Assembly (NCBI GenBank): GCA_038087875.1
Contig: CM075989.1
Span: 17,856,001 to 17,920,000 of the forward strand
Direction: 5' to 3'
Source of the DNA: Malacoraja senta
Taxonomy: Eukaryota
Length of the DNA stretch: 64,000 nucleotides
Each line of letters starts with the position of its first letter. Position 1 is the stretch's first letter. This document shows, in pieces, positions 1-11,345 of this stretch. Below the pieces are notes generated by a model that did no database searches, was not told the origin of the DNA, and saw only the letters and a list, made by a program, of their open reading frames with translations. The position numbers and the translations under genes are program-made.

Positions 1-169
1 AACACAATGCTTTGAAAGCAGGACATCTGCATGGTACATTTTGACATGGATCAGTGTAGATCGTTTTGTGCTAGGATGTAGCAAAATATGGACAACTTTA
101 CATTGAGATTTCCTACCCGATTTCCAGCTTCAATGAAACAAACTGCATCAGCATCCCAGCCTACTTCTC

Positions 170-530
170 AAAGTGCTGGACATTGTCATGGGTACTGACC
201 TCCCCACCGTCAAAGGGATCTACAAGGCACCCAATACATTAAAGACCCACACCACCCTGGCCACGCTCTCATCTCGCTGCTACCATCGGGAAGAAGGTAC
301 AGGAGTCTTAAAACCATGACTTCCAGGTTCAAGAACTGCTTCTTTTCCAGCAACCATAAGGCTCTTGAACATGGTACAACACTAGCCTCAGCAAACATGA
401 TTGTCTATGCACTTTGTTTTGGTTGCACTAGACTTCGCCTTTACGCTATTATGATTATCAAATATTATGGTTATTAACATTGTATATATTTATGCATTAT
501 TTCACTATTCTGTTGCTAGTACATATAACA
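170..530 (+). mobile_element. Rex1/Babar-type LINE 3' fragment
   Basis: Translates to IKDPHHPGHALISLLPSGRRYRSLKTMTSRFKNCFF, the typical Rex1 ORF C-terminus, followed by an AT-rich tail. Confidence 0.65.
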
Positions 531-679
531 ATTAAACCCTCTTGACAAAGTCAATCTGCCCATTAGTTAAACTAGTTCTGAAAAGTAAACAATCCATTTG
601 CAAGTACCAGCTTTTATTTTGAGAAGCAATATAGCTCCAGTAAAATATTTCCAGTGTGCAAGTTGCATCCTTGCATCTA

Positions 680-696
680 CTGCCACCTGCTGGAGG
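680..696 (-). promoter_or_regulatory. CTCF-like motif CCAGCAGGTGGCAG
   Basis: Matches the CCASYAGRKGGCRS consensus; motif evidence only. Confidence 0.4.
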
Positions 697-919
697 TGGA
701 ATTAAATTTGGTTTCAGATTCCAAACACCAAAACTGACTGAACATAGCGTGTTATTGTGGTCTTGAAGATGCATTTTACCAGTCAGGTTTCAGACGACTC
801 AAATTAAGCAGTTTGATGATTCCGAATCCAGATTTAGGTTTCATGCTCCTTTTCTCTCTAATCCCAATGATGGCTATTACAAGTTGAAAAATCGTTTATT
901 TTCATACCCAAATGATTTC

Positions 920-1260
920 TATAGTTGGAGATAAAACATTGTCCCAGGGTGGAAACGTTAAACACTAGAGGGCTTTGGTTAAAGGTGAGAGAGGGCAAGT
1001 TTAAAGGAGAGTCACAAGGAAGTTTTAAAAAAAAACATAGTGGCAAATGCTCAGAATGTGCTGCCAGAGAAGGTGGTCGAAGCAGGTACAATAGAAACGT
1101 TTACAAAGCTTAGAAACAAATGAACAGGCAAGGAGTAGGTGAATATGGTCCAATGGTGCTTTTACTGTATCTCATGCTAGAATCATGTGTAGATGTGATT
1201 AGTTTAGGTTGGCATTATGGTTGCAGCAAATATAGCATGCTGAAGAGGCTGTATCGTTCT
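920..1260 (+). mobile_element. Decayed CR1-type LINE 3' fragment
   Basis: TRG.L.V.G.KFKG and W..LP..VVEA-like remnants plus the family tail. Confidence 0.55.
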
Positions 1261-3444
1261 AAAGGTGATACTGGCTTATTGGGGCACATAACTACTAACA
1301 CTCCATCAATCAGAAAAATAACCATTTATCCCTTCACCGTTTCCTAACAATCTCTCCACCCACATGGTACCTGTATCCTTGAACATCCACATAACATACA
1401 TTTTATAACATTCTTGCTGTGGTATTTTATCAAAAGTGTTTCTGGAATATCATACGCACATTTTATATATTTTTTAAATTAGTCAAATATGCTGTTATCC
1501 TGATTATCCAATCTTCCAACAGCTGAATTCCATCATTGAAGTTTCCTCAGCCAACATACTCTTGACCTGACTAGAGAGAGGGCAGAGACCTGTTCTTGCC
1601 AAGTGACGTGTTCTCACTGGCACTGTCAGGCAATAGGTACCGAACCTTTGAGTCCCACACTACCAGGCTACTACCATCAGGTTCTTGAATTGTGCTGGAG
1701 AACCCTAACCCTATCTTGGCAACAGAACACTATGGACCACCTCTTGCACTACCATGGACTTGTTTTTCCTCATTGCGTAGTTTTAACTTACTGTTAATTT
1801 ATTATGTTTTTTTTGTAGACTTTTGACTACCTTGTAGAATAGGTGCTACTTATGCATAATGTGTGATATTGCGTGCGGTCATTGTCTATGTATCCATGAT
1901 ACTACTGTAAGCAAGATTCCCATAAGTACCTCACCGTACTTATGCATATGATAATAAACTCAGAGATGGACACAAAAAGCTGGAGTAACTCAGGACAGGC
2001 AGCATCTCTGGAGAGAAGGAGTGGGTGACGTTTCGGGTTGAGACCCTTCTTCTTAAACTCAACTAGGTTCTGTCCATCCTGCCTCCACTCCCGCAGCAAC
2101 TTACTTGGTTTCTTGCTCTCCTCGTTCTGATGAAGGATCTTCAACCTTGAATGTTAACTGTTAGCCCTTTCCATCCATCGGATGATGTGCTGCAAACTAC
2201 ATGGCCACACACCGAAAACCAGAAAGTGGAATTGATCCCAACAGCAATCCATGCCATGCACATGATGCCCCTTCCTTGTTGTATTTTTAAACCCTGCTCT
2301 CCCACACAATAAAAACATTTGTGAAATAATGAAATGGCCTCTTATTAATATTATTCTATCTTGCAGAATATTTTCTAAAACTTTTGATGAGATCATATTT
2401 ATTTAGATGTAATGCTAGATTTAAGTTCATGACTAAATTTAAAGCACAGAGACAAGACAGAATGTGAGATCCTCCTTAGAAATATTTGTTAATTGTTAAG
2501 TGTATACTTTCTATCAATACATTTTTCTATTCAATCCTTTTATCCACATTTATGGGGTGGAAGATTGCAACCATCACGTGGTCCGCCCTGTTTCGACTAA
2601 TGCAATCAACTCGACGTGCACAAACGGAAGATCAAATAGAACAAGTTGTCCAACAACTTTAGGCTGTGCACGCCACACGAAAGAAGAAGATCCACATTTA
2701 TAATGAAGCTTCCTATATAAAACTGGAGGGACAGTAATTATGATGCTGCTTCTAATGGAGGCCACCACTGGGAGGAAGGTGTGCTGATGTACGTGTCTCA
2801 TGGAGGTCATTTTCATTTCTCAATGATGAGAACTTAAGAAATATAGGACATTTTATTTTTCCACCTCATATCCTTCAGCCACATTTCAGCTTAAGATCAC
2901 CTCTGGTCTCAACCTCCTTTGTGCCTTGCCACAAAAGACGAATTCGTAGGTTATTGAACTTGTTATACTTCTCACATACAGTAAAACCCCAATAATCTGC
3001 CACGTTTAGTGGCATTGGCGGTGCCAGATCCACAAATCTTTTGGATTATTGTCATTAATAGATTGACGCATTTTCAAATTCACATTTTCAGGTAATACTG
3101 TAAGTTTTCCAATGAAACCAGTAGGTTTAAAGTGTGCAAGAAAACCTGGGCCTCGGCGAGTCAGGAGGAAACGTGCCATTATCTGGTCAGCCAGATGCCT
3201 AACCATTGGGATTTCCAAATGACTGTACAGCAGATTACCTGAGATATACGTTATTCCTTCCATGGCATCAACGTTTAGTGACATTACGTAATAGCTGTGA
3301 ATCACATAAATAAGCCTGCAGTGCTGTAAAGCACCTATGGAAATTTGTTCTGCCTTTGCCTGCAAAGCCATGGAGGGATTCTCCAGTTTTATGATTTCAT
3401 TTTGATCAAAACAGGCACAGAGCACTAAATAAGGTAAATCCACA

Positions 3445-3454
3445 TTTATTTATT
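3445..3454 (-). terminator. Candidate PDCD7 poly(A) signal (two overlapping AATAAA)
   Basis: TTTATTTATT on the + strand, about 65 nt after the stop codon. Confidence 0.4.
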
Positions 3455-3516
3455 ATAAAACAGATACTATTCCGTAACAAAATAGCCCAGGCTGAAGAGA
3501 ACAAGATCAGCTCTCA

Positions 3517-3637
3517 TTACTGTTTGAGTGCCGTTCCCCACGTGTCTGATGAAGGTGGACACGGAAAGATCCAACCTTGCGGAATACTACTCCCATCGGG
3601 AAGGTCTCCCGGGACAAGGTATCGATCCCATTCTTGC
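3517..3637 (-). CDS. PDCD7: PDCD7 exon 5, terminal (QEWDRYLVPGD...WGTALKQ*)
   Basis: Acceptor CTTCCCTACAAG|G; stop TAA at 3517-3519, immediately followed by TGA. Confidence 0.93.
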
Positions 3638-4751
3638 CTTGTAGGGAAGAGAAAAATATTGCATTGTCACTGCACACTTTAGAAATGCACCATTATGTAA
3701 TTATGGCTAATTCATTCTGCCTGTTCCCATTAGTCTCCACACAGGCTTCAAATAGCATCTGTATAAGTGTGTCAGAGGTCTGAGGGGATAATATTAAATC
3801 CAACAATTAAAAAAAGTAAATTAAGGAAGACTGGATAGCTATAATAAAAAAAGCGACTGCTTGCAGCATGGTGAACATGAGCACAGATACTAGCAAAAAA
3901 CTCATGTGAAAGCAGGAAAAAGGTTGTGCGATTCTCCAACTCTGAACTACAAGAAAGATCCTTTGGACAATATCAAGGAAGCTGGTAAATTAAGGAAGCT
4001 GAAGAAGGGTCTCGACCCGAAACGTCGCCAATTCCTTCTCTCCATAGATGCTGCCTCACCCGCAGAGTTACTCCAGCATTTTATGTCTAAGCTGATAAAT
4101 TACCTTGTCTGGAAAACTAGTTTTCCTTGAGTGCTATTAAATGAATTGGTGTGGGGAAACTATGCCAGTAAGGTTATGAGGTGGATAAAACAAATTTAAA
4201 TTGCTGATACGTAAAATTTGGAGTAAAAACAAAATGCTGGAAACATTCTGCAGGTTAGACGTCAACTGTTGAAAGAGAAAGAGTGAATGTTCTAAGGTGA
4301 AAAGCTCAAGTTTTTGTTGCGCGCTAACCAGTCAACTTGAAGTATTGCCGCTGTTTAATTAATTTTTGCAAAAAGGCAAAGCTACAGCATCTTCTCATCA
4401 CATAATTACAAACTACGGATACAGTCCTCACTCAAAGAATATTTCCTTCTTGAATACACTGTCAGTGCTTTCTTTGTGACGGTAGCCGGTACAGCGTATA
4501 GGCACCCTCAAAAATTAAAAACTAGATTGATATAGAGCAGCGTTACCTGAACTGTACACGTATCCAGTGTACAGTTTTGTCGGCAAAACAAGTACTGCGT
4601 AATATTGTGTTCAAACATAAAGTATGATTTTGAAAGTGTTAAATCAGTAAGATATTTCAAATTGTGAAAATATTCCATAGGTTCGAATAATCACTTTTCC
4701 CTCACTCTTTAGAGGTATATACCAATATTTGGAACATGGATTAATGCTTAC

Positions 4752-4836
4752 CTGATTTGTACAAGGACGTGGGAGGAATGTTCAGCTTGCTGATAATATT
4801 GGCAAAATGGCTGTAGAGGGTGGTCTGGAGGTAATT
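4752..4836 (-). CDS. PDCD7: PDCD7 exon 4 (LPPDHPLQPFCQYYQQAEHSSHVLVQI)
   Basis: Acceptor ATAG|AA, donor CAG|GTAAGC; 85 nt; matches the PFRQYYLQAEHS-like motif. Confidence 0.92.
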
Positions 4837-5335
4837 CTATTGCACAAAGTAAAACATATAAAAATCACCTGGTGTTTCCTTGTAGCAAGGATAACATTAC
4901 CTTCCAAGGTTAAGCAGACACACTAATGTTTGGGTGGGAGAAATAACCAGGCTCAATAAAAGGCACTGCTCTCAAAGTAGATTTACAATAAGGAAATCTC
5001 CCTTTATTGTATCCACTTAATGGAGCAACTCCAGTGAGCTAAAAAAAAAAAATGATGATTCAAAGCCATCCACATAAAAGTATAATGCTGATGGTGTGAA
5101 TCAAACCAAAGCAAAAAAAAGTTTGAGGTACTCAGCAAGTCGAACAGCATCCACAAAGAGGGAAACTGGATTGGTGTTTCAGGTCAGCCACCTTTGATTG
5201 TTGTGGAGGAGTAGCCAGTTTTGATCATTGGTGGGTGATCTGAAACACCATGGGACATAGTTACACATACAACAATTGAATTTCTCCTTATTCGTCTTCC
5301 TTCCACAACAAGTAAAATCCAGCTGTTACAGGTAC

Positions 5336-5572
5336 CTGATTCTCCAAACAGCATGCATTCAACTTCACGTTGCTGTTTTTCTAGTTTCTCTCTCTCTTTT
5401 TTCAACTTTTTCTCATTTTCTCTTTTCCTTTCTTCTTCCTGTTCTCCTTCCAACATAACTCTCAAGGCTCTTTCCTCTGCATCATACAGATCACTGCGTA
5501 CTTTAATTAATTTTCTCAGCCTTTCAACATGATGCTCGAATGTTTCATCAGCTGAGGAAGGAGGATGAACAC
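5336..5572 (-). CDS. PDCD7: PDCD7 exon 3 (VHPPSSADETF...MLFGES)
   Basis: Acceptor TTCCGCAG|GT, donor TCAG|GTACC; 237 nt; overlaps ORF 5184..5465 (RVMLEGEQEEERKRE). Confidence 0.95.
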
Positions 5573-5989
5573 CTGCGGAAACAACACTTTATATGAATCA
5601 TTGAATAGTATTAATTATATTCTTACATACTGAGTACTTAGAAATAAAATCTCTGAAGGAAACTTAGTTTAGAGTTTGTATCTATAATAATTACATATGG
5701 AATCCGGTAGCATAAGCGTCTGAGTCACTCAGAATATCCTGATGTTTATAAATTTATTCCGTAAAATTTGTATATAAACTGGGAGTATAAAACACTGCAT
5801 CCACAAAGAACCGCCTTGACAAAAACAGCCCATTTGCGTTTTACAGCAAGTTGAAATCCATCAGAATTATTCTTAAAGGCATTTAGATGTTACTTGGATA
5901 AAGAAAGTGTGGAGGGCCAGAGGGCTAATGCAGGCAAATGGGATGAATATAGACAGCTGCCACAGTCATCATGCATGAGGACACCGAAA

Positions 5990-7150
5990 GGGATCACCTC
6001 TGTGTTGAACGTTTCTATGATTCACCTGCACCTCCTCCAACTTCCCCCAGTCCTCACCTTTCACACCGCCAGCTCCGCATCCAGCACATCCTTCTTCATC
6101 ATTTCAGTCCGCTACAACGTGGTCTCACTGCTTCTCACACTTTCTCACCCTCACCCCTTTCTACGCAACCAATCTCTCCATGACTGGTTCATTTATCCCT
6201 CCCCATCCTCTAGTACTTTTAGCAGGTGCAATACTTGTTCCTATCCATCCTCCCTCACAGCCGTGCAGGGACCTAAATAAGCCCTTTCAGGTGCAGCAGA
6301 TTCACATGAACTCCTTTAACTTGTTTATTGCATGCGGTGCTTCCTGGACATTGATGACACCAAGCACAGACTGAATGACTGCTTTGCTGAGCACATGTGC
6401 TTTGTCTGCAAGGCCATCTTGAGCTCCCAGATGCAAGTTATTTCAACCCTTCCTGTTCCAATATTGACCCAGCTCGCCTCAGCCCCCCCCCCCCCCCCCA
6501 CCGCCAGGCAAGGACAAAGGCAAACTTGAGGGACGGAATCTTATATTCCGCCTGGATAGTCTATGGCCCAATAGAACGAATTGTGAATTCTCCAATTTCA
6601 GGTAACCCTCACCTCCTCTATTCCATACCCTCTCCTAATCCACCCAGATCCTCTCTCCTACACTGCCACATTGTATTCCACAGTATGATTCGATAACATC
6701 CATTTCCATATCACACCCAGCCCCAGTATCTGCACTCTCCCCCACCCATGCTCCATCCATCTATCACCCACACCCTTTACCCACTGGCTCCCTTTATCCC
6801 CCCCCCCCCGTTCCTACCATCCCTCCCTTATCTGGTTTCACTGATATCACCGTCCTTACTTATCAGATTCCCTAATCTGCACTCCCACTAATCATACCCT
6901 GGCATCTGTCTCTATCGCCAGCCTTCACTCTCCAAACTGTCCATCAACCCCTCCTCACCTGGATCCACCCATCACCTGCCAGCTACTTTCTCATCCCTCC
7001 TCTTTCAGTTCAGTTCACTCCTCTTTCTATGGTCAGTCCCGATAAGAGGGTGTCGACTCTAAAGATCAGCTATCCCACTGCCTTCAGATGCTGCCTGACC
7101 CCCTGAGTTCCACTTTTCCTCCAGATCTCATCTGCAGTCTCTTGTGCTTC
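5990..7150 (+). mobile_element. Penelope-like element remnant (GIY-YIG region plus terminal motif) in PDCD7 intron 2
   Basis: Frameshifted LRIQHIL.HF..LQR, GPK..FQV, RL..CFAEH and LIFRL-like peptides, a C-rich spacer and a GATGCTGCCTGACC..CTGAGTT end. Confidence 0.7.
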
Positions 7151-7734
7151 TATGGTTATAGTTGCCACATAACTAGGCCAAATGCTATAATAATAAAATT
7201 CAGACTACCATATTGCCGCAGTGTGCAAAGCCGAATATATCTTTCCTATTCTTGATCTATTTGTAGAGTTGGACTTTCCTATTGAAGCAAGTCAAGTGAA
7301 ATTGCTGGAACTAACTATTTCCTCATACCCAAAAGATGTTTTTTAAAGAAGTGATGGTTCTTAAGGCCAAGCATCAAACGTAGGTAAATATTAATGATAA
7401 CAGCAAATAATTTAGTTCCAAGTGGGGAAAATATTCTGGTCTCTTTGAAATTGCATTTCACCCCGTAAACTATACATTTATCATTATACTTGATGGACTC
7501 CAACAGTGCGAGAAAGAGCAACAGAAAAGGAACGCGTGTTGTGTGGTTCAGGCAATGACCACGGCACCAAAGAATTCATCAGCTTGCACTAGTTTGACCG
7601 TTAGAAAAGCTGACACAAAGGACCTTACATGCTGCAAATGAGAAATGTTCTGCAAGCAGTTTTGATAAGTCTGTCCATCCCTTGTCAGTCAACCTCATGT
7701 GTAATTTACTCTATCAGTGTAACGCGTTGCTCAC

Positions 7735-7873
7735 CTTTTCTAGCTGCAGCTTCCTTCCTTAATTTCCGTAACTTCTCCAGTGCTCGGAGGATATCCACTG
7801 ATCTTTTTGCATCTGCCTGTTTTTTCCGCACTTCTGACAAGACGCTGTCGGCTGCAGCTTTTAGCTCACGTTC
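7735..7873 (-). CDS. PDCD7: PDCD7 exon 2 (ERELKAAADSVLSEVRKK...EAAARK)
   Basis: Acceptor TTTGTAG|GAA, donor AAAG|GTGAGC; 139 nt; conserved peptide. Confidence 0.95.
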
Positions 7874-7947
7874 CTACAAAACAAACATACCATGAAATCT
7901 GGTTGCTTTGAATGTTCAAAGAACTGCAGAGTAAACTTGAAAGCTAA

Positions 7948-8585
7948 AGCCCCTGTCCCACTTACGTGTCCTTGGCACGCTAATTACGCGACCTCGTTGA
8001 GGCGCGACTGTCCCGCGAAGGTCGCACGCGACTTCATGCGCCCGCACAGCCGTCTGGAGCGCGTGACGTCATTTGAAGATAGACACAAAATGCAGGAGTA
8101 ACGCAGCGGGAGCAGCAGCACCTCTGGAGAGAAGGAATGGGTGACGTTTTGGGTCGAGACCCTTCGCCAGAGATGCTGCCGGTCCCGTTGAGTTACTTCT
8201 GCATTTTGTGTCTATCTTCAATTTTCTTGGCCCCGCTCTGGGAGTAGAAGTGGGGGCGGATCCGGACCGCAACGGCCGTGAGCCCCAGGCCGAGCTCGGC
8301 GATCGTTTGCCTGTTTCTGCTGCTGTTGGAGGTGAGACGTTGTGTCGCGCCTGGGTCGTGGGCCTGTCCCACTTTGGCCTTCAGTTACACGACAGGCTGG
8401 TGGCGCGCGAAAATGTAGTTTGCTACAAAATTTCGGAGCGCCGCGCGATACCGCGCACAACTCCATACCCCTCCGCGCTTCTCAGTGGGACCGGCCCCGC
8501 GCGGCCACACGATGCCTGTGTGCCTCAACGCGACGACGAGGTCGCGTAATTTGCATGCCAAGGACGCGTAAGTGGGACAGGGCCT
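7948..8585. mobile_element. PIF/Harbinger-type MITE with TAA TSD
   Basis: About 50-bp TIRs (AGCCCCTGTCCCACTTACG... / ...CGTAAGTGGGACAGGGCCT); TAA at 7945-7947 and 8586-8588. Confidence 0.85.
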
Positions 8586-8937
8586 TAAATGACTTGAAAG
8601 AGTCAGTACTATTGTTGTCAATTGCTCTTCACATCTGCAGGTACACCCACTCACAGACCCGCACACATCAAACAGTACCCCATCCATCAATTAAAGACGC
8701 CCAGGTACAGAGAGCACTGATCTCTATGAAACAATTGGCATTAAATTATTGCGGATCAAAAGCCTTGACAACCATTTCTAATTGCGGCCCATTGCCTTCG
8801 CTGCAAACACTGTGCGTTGCCACCTTCTGAAATTGGGCATCACTGTGACACCCATTGTAGCCCAAAGATCTGACTGGTGTTTAGTTTCACTCACTTGTGG
8901 GGAAAAAGTACCATGGCGCAACACAATACCAGGGGCA

Positions 8938-9100
8938 TTAGGGCAGTGCAGTTGCGAGGCTTAGAGCTGCTGCCTCACAGCGCCAGAGACCCAGCTTTGA
9001 TCCTGACTACACGTGCTGTCTGTGCAGAGTTTGTACGTTCTCACTGTGACCCTGTAGGTTTTTTCTGGGTGCTCCGGTTTCCACCCACATCCCAAAGACA
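8938..9100 (+). mobile_element. HE1-like tRNA-derived SINE (partial)
   Basis: AGAGCTGCTGCCTCACAGCGCCAGAGACCCAG..GATCCTGAC head and CTCCGGTTTCC.CCCACAT core, shared with copies at 31396 and 37728. Confidence 0.7.
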
Positions 9101-9262
9101 TGGGATCTATTATGGTAATCTATGTACATAGTCTACCATAAATGTGTACATTTTGCTTCCCTAGTTAACAATGTACTGCAGCAAATATCTGGATAATATA
9201 TTTACTAAGAAAATATCAAACTACAGTCACACATGAAATATAATCAAGATTTGATTTATTAC

Positions 9263-10675
9263 CCTCTTCTTCTCTTCAACTTCTCGGACACGCTTCATTC
9301 TCCACGTGTCAATCTTCGCTTCCTTTTCCGCCATCCTCGCTTTGTGCTCCTGATTTTCTAAGCAGCACTCCTGCTTTTTCCTACGAATATTTTTTCTTTT
9401 CTTTTTGATTGCCCCCAGTTTCTTTTTCACTCTACTGATGTACTCACTATCTGTCAGCGCCTTTAATTTTTCCTGTAAAACAGTTTTCACCTCAATTGCT
9501 TTCTGGTAGGATTCTGTCCAAGTATCTTCATTTTCCACATTTTGCCTCAAATGCTGGCATAGAACAGTCAACTCAGCCACAAGTTTACAAACACTCAACA
9601 CTGATTCTTTCACTTCACTAACTAATGGCAGAGTTTTGGATTTTTTAATCTCTGAAGGCTGCAATCTACGTTTTGACACAAACCTCATCAGCCAAAATTC
9701 ATCTTGCTCCTTGGTTAATTCGCTATTTTTGAAGTCATGCGAGAATTGTTCTGGTGGCAAGAAATTGGCCATTGATTCATTTCTATGTAGTTGCTCCATA
9801 CTGCTGTCTTTCGAACCTTGTGGGAAATTAGCAACGTTGGACCAAGGCTTTGCCATCTCCTCACTTTTGTACTGCATGCCATGTTCATTTTTCCACGATG
9901 GTCCATCCACTGGTGGTAGGTGTGAAAAGTTATGCTGATTATTGTGGCTCTGGTTTAATAATTGATTGCTTTGGGGTCCATATCCAGCAGGTAAGTTGAG
10001 ACCTCCAGCCTGAGGCAGAGTTTGGTTCTGGCAAGAAGTGTTTTCGGATTGAGAAGCCACATTCTGAATGTTAGGCGGTGGCCCCGCTCTCTCCGGGAAG
10101 GGATGGGAATGCCCTCGGTAGGGATACTGCTGCTGTGGAGGGTCCAGTGGTTTCTGCTGGTAGGGGTGAGGAGGAGGGAGCTGATGCCGCTGTCCCTGCT
10201 GGGGATAGTGGTCTTGGTAGGGGTAGGCTGGGTGGTCCTGGCGAGGGAAGCCTCCAGGGGGACAGGGCTGCTCTCTGCATTCGTACTGCTGTGGCCGGAG
10301 CTCCTTCTGCTCCTGCGGCTGATCCCACGGCTTGGGGGGACGGTTGTCTCCGGGCGGTGGTCCGTAGCTCCACGGGCGGGGAGCGCCGTCCGCCGGCTGC
10401 TGCTGCTGCTCCTCAGGCCCCGGGTACTGGCCGCGCCCCGGGCCCCAGGCCGGCTCGAGTCTCCCCGGGGCGCCGGCGAGGCTTCTGTCCCGGCCCGCGA
10501 GACCCGGCCTCCAGTCCCGGCCGTGCTGCCCCCGGGTGGCAGGGTCGTCCTGGCCCTGCCCCTGCCCCTGCCCCTGGCCGCCCGCGTTGTATGAGGGCTG
10601 GCGGCCGTGGCAGCGCGGCGGGGCGAAGGCGGCGGACGCCGGAGGCCCGCGGTAAGATGGCGGCGCCCACTCCAT
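9263..10675 (-). CDS. PDCD7: PDCD7 exon 1 (MEWAPPSY...REVEEKKR)
   Basis: Lies within the 505-aa ORF 9227..10744. ATG at 10675 has a strong Kozak context (GCGGCCATGG) inside a CpG island. Donor AGG|GTAATA at 9262. Confidence 0.9.
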
Positions 10676-10830
10676 GGCCGCCGTTCCCGCCCAGTCCGAC
10701 TGACAGCGCCACCAGGCGGCGGGCAGGGGGGAGGGAGGCCGCAAGTGTGTCCTTGAGCGCCGCCTGCAGTCTCCCAGATCAACTACAGCAGCAGAGCACC
10801 AATGCTCAGGCCACCCGCCACTTTAGATAA
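10080..10830 (-). promoter_or_regulatory. PDCD7 CpG island / promoter with YY1 motif (GCCGCCATCTT) at about 10655-10665
   Basis: High GC and CpG density over the 5' end of exon 1; AAGATGGCGGC on the + strand. Confidence 0.7.
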
Positions 10831-10994
10831 AGCACTAAATGCTGGAGTAACTCAGCGGGTCAGGCAGCATCTATGGAGCAAAAGGAATAGGTGACGTTTC
10901 GGGTCGGGACCATTCGGCCCACGATGTTTGTGCGGAACATAATTTATAACATTCATTCATGGAAGAATGACGGTGGGACTCCATTGTAACTTAC

Positions 10995-11345
10995 CGAACA
11001 GTGAAAGGCTTGGCTAGAGGGGATGTGGAGTGGATGTTTACATCAGTGGCAGACTCTAGGACTACTGGTCATAGCCTCAGAATTAAAGGATGTTCCTTAG
11101 CAAGGAGAGGAGGAGGAATTTATTTTGTCCGAGGGTGGTGAATCTGTGGAGTTCTTTGCCACAGAAGGCCAAGTCAATGGATATTTTTAAGACAGAGATA
11201 GATTCTTCATTAGTACGGGTGTTGGTGTTTATGGGGAGAAGGCAGGAGAATGGGGTTAGGAGGGAGATAGATCAGCCATGATTGAATGGCAGAGTAGACG
11301 ATGGGCCGAATAGCCTAATTCTGCTCCTATCACATGACCTATGAT
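10995..11345 (+). mobile_element. CR1/HER1-type LINE 3' fragment
   Basis: RVVNLWSSLPQKA peptide and GATCAGCCATGATTGAATGGC tail. Confidence 0.8.

Larger units (their letters stand above)
3517..10675 (-). other. PDCD7: PDCD7 gene span (coding): join(9263..10675, 7735..7873, 5336..5572, 4752..4836, 3517..3637), 1995 nt, 664 aa
   Basis: Five GT-AG bounded exons join in frame (phases 0,1,1,2). The C-terminal half matches remembered vertebrate PDCD7 (ELKAAADSVLSEVRKKQAD, RVMLEGEQEEERKRE, QEWDRYLVP...PQGW). Adjacency to CLPX is as in other vertebrates. Confidence 0.93.

Noticed and set aside
1-3440. Exons of the next downstream gene (UBAP1L is the neighbour I recall in human), including the 145-aa ORF 3006..3443
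   Set aside because: No recognisable peptide or convincing exon; the region is mostly repeat fragments and probable UTR or intergenic sequence.
10676-10744. Upstream extension of the 505-aa ORF (MRPPSPLP...)
   Set aside because: It starts at a non-ATG codon in the track; the first ATG with a strong Kozak context is at 10675.
9955-10830. Long overlapping ORFs (275 aa -, 250 aa +, 190 aa +) over PDCD7 exon 1
   Set aside because: Shadow frames of a GC-rich, stop-poor coding exon and CpG island; low-complexity translations with no recognisable domain.
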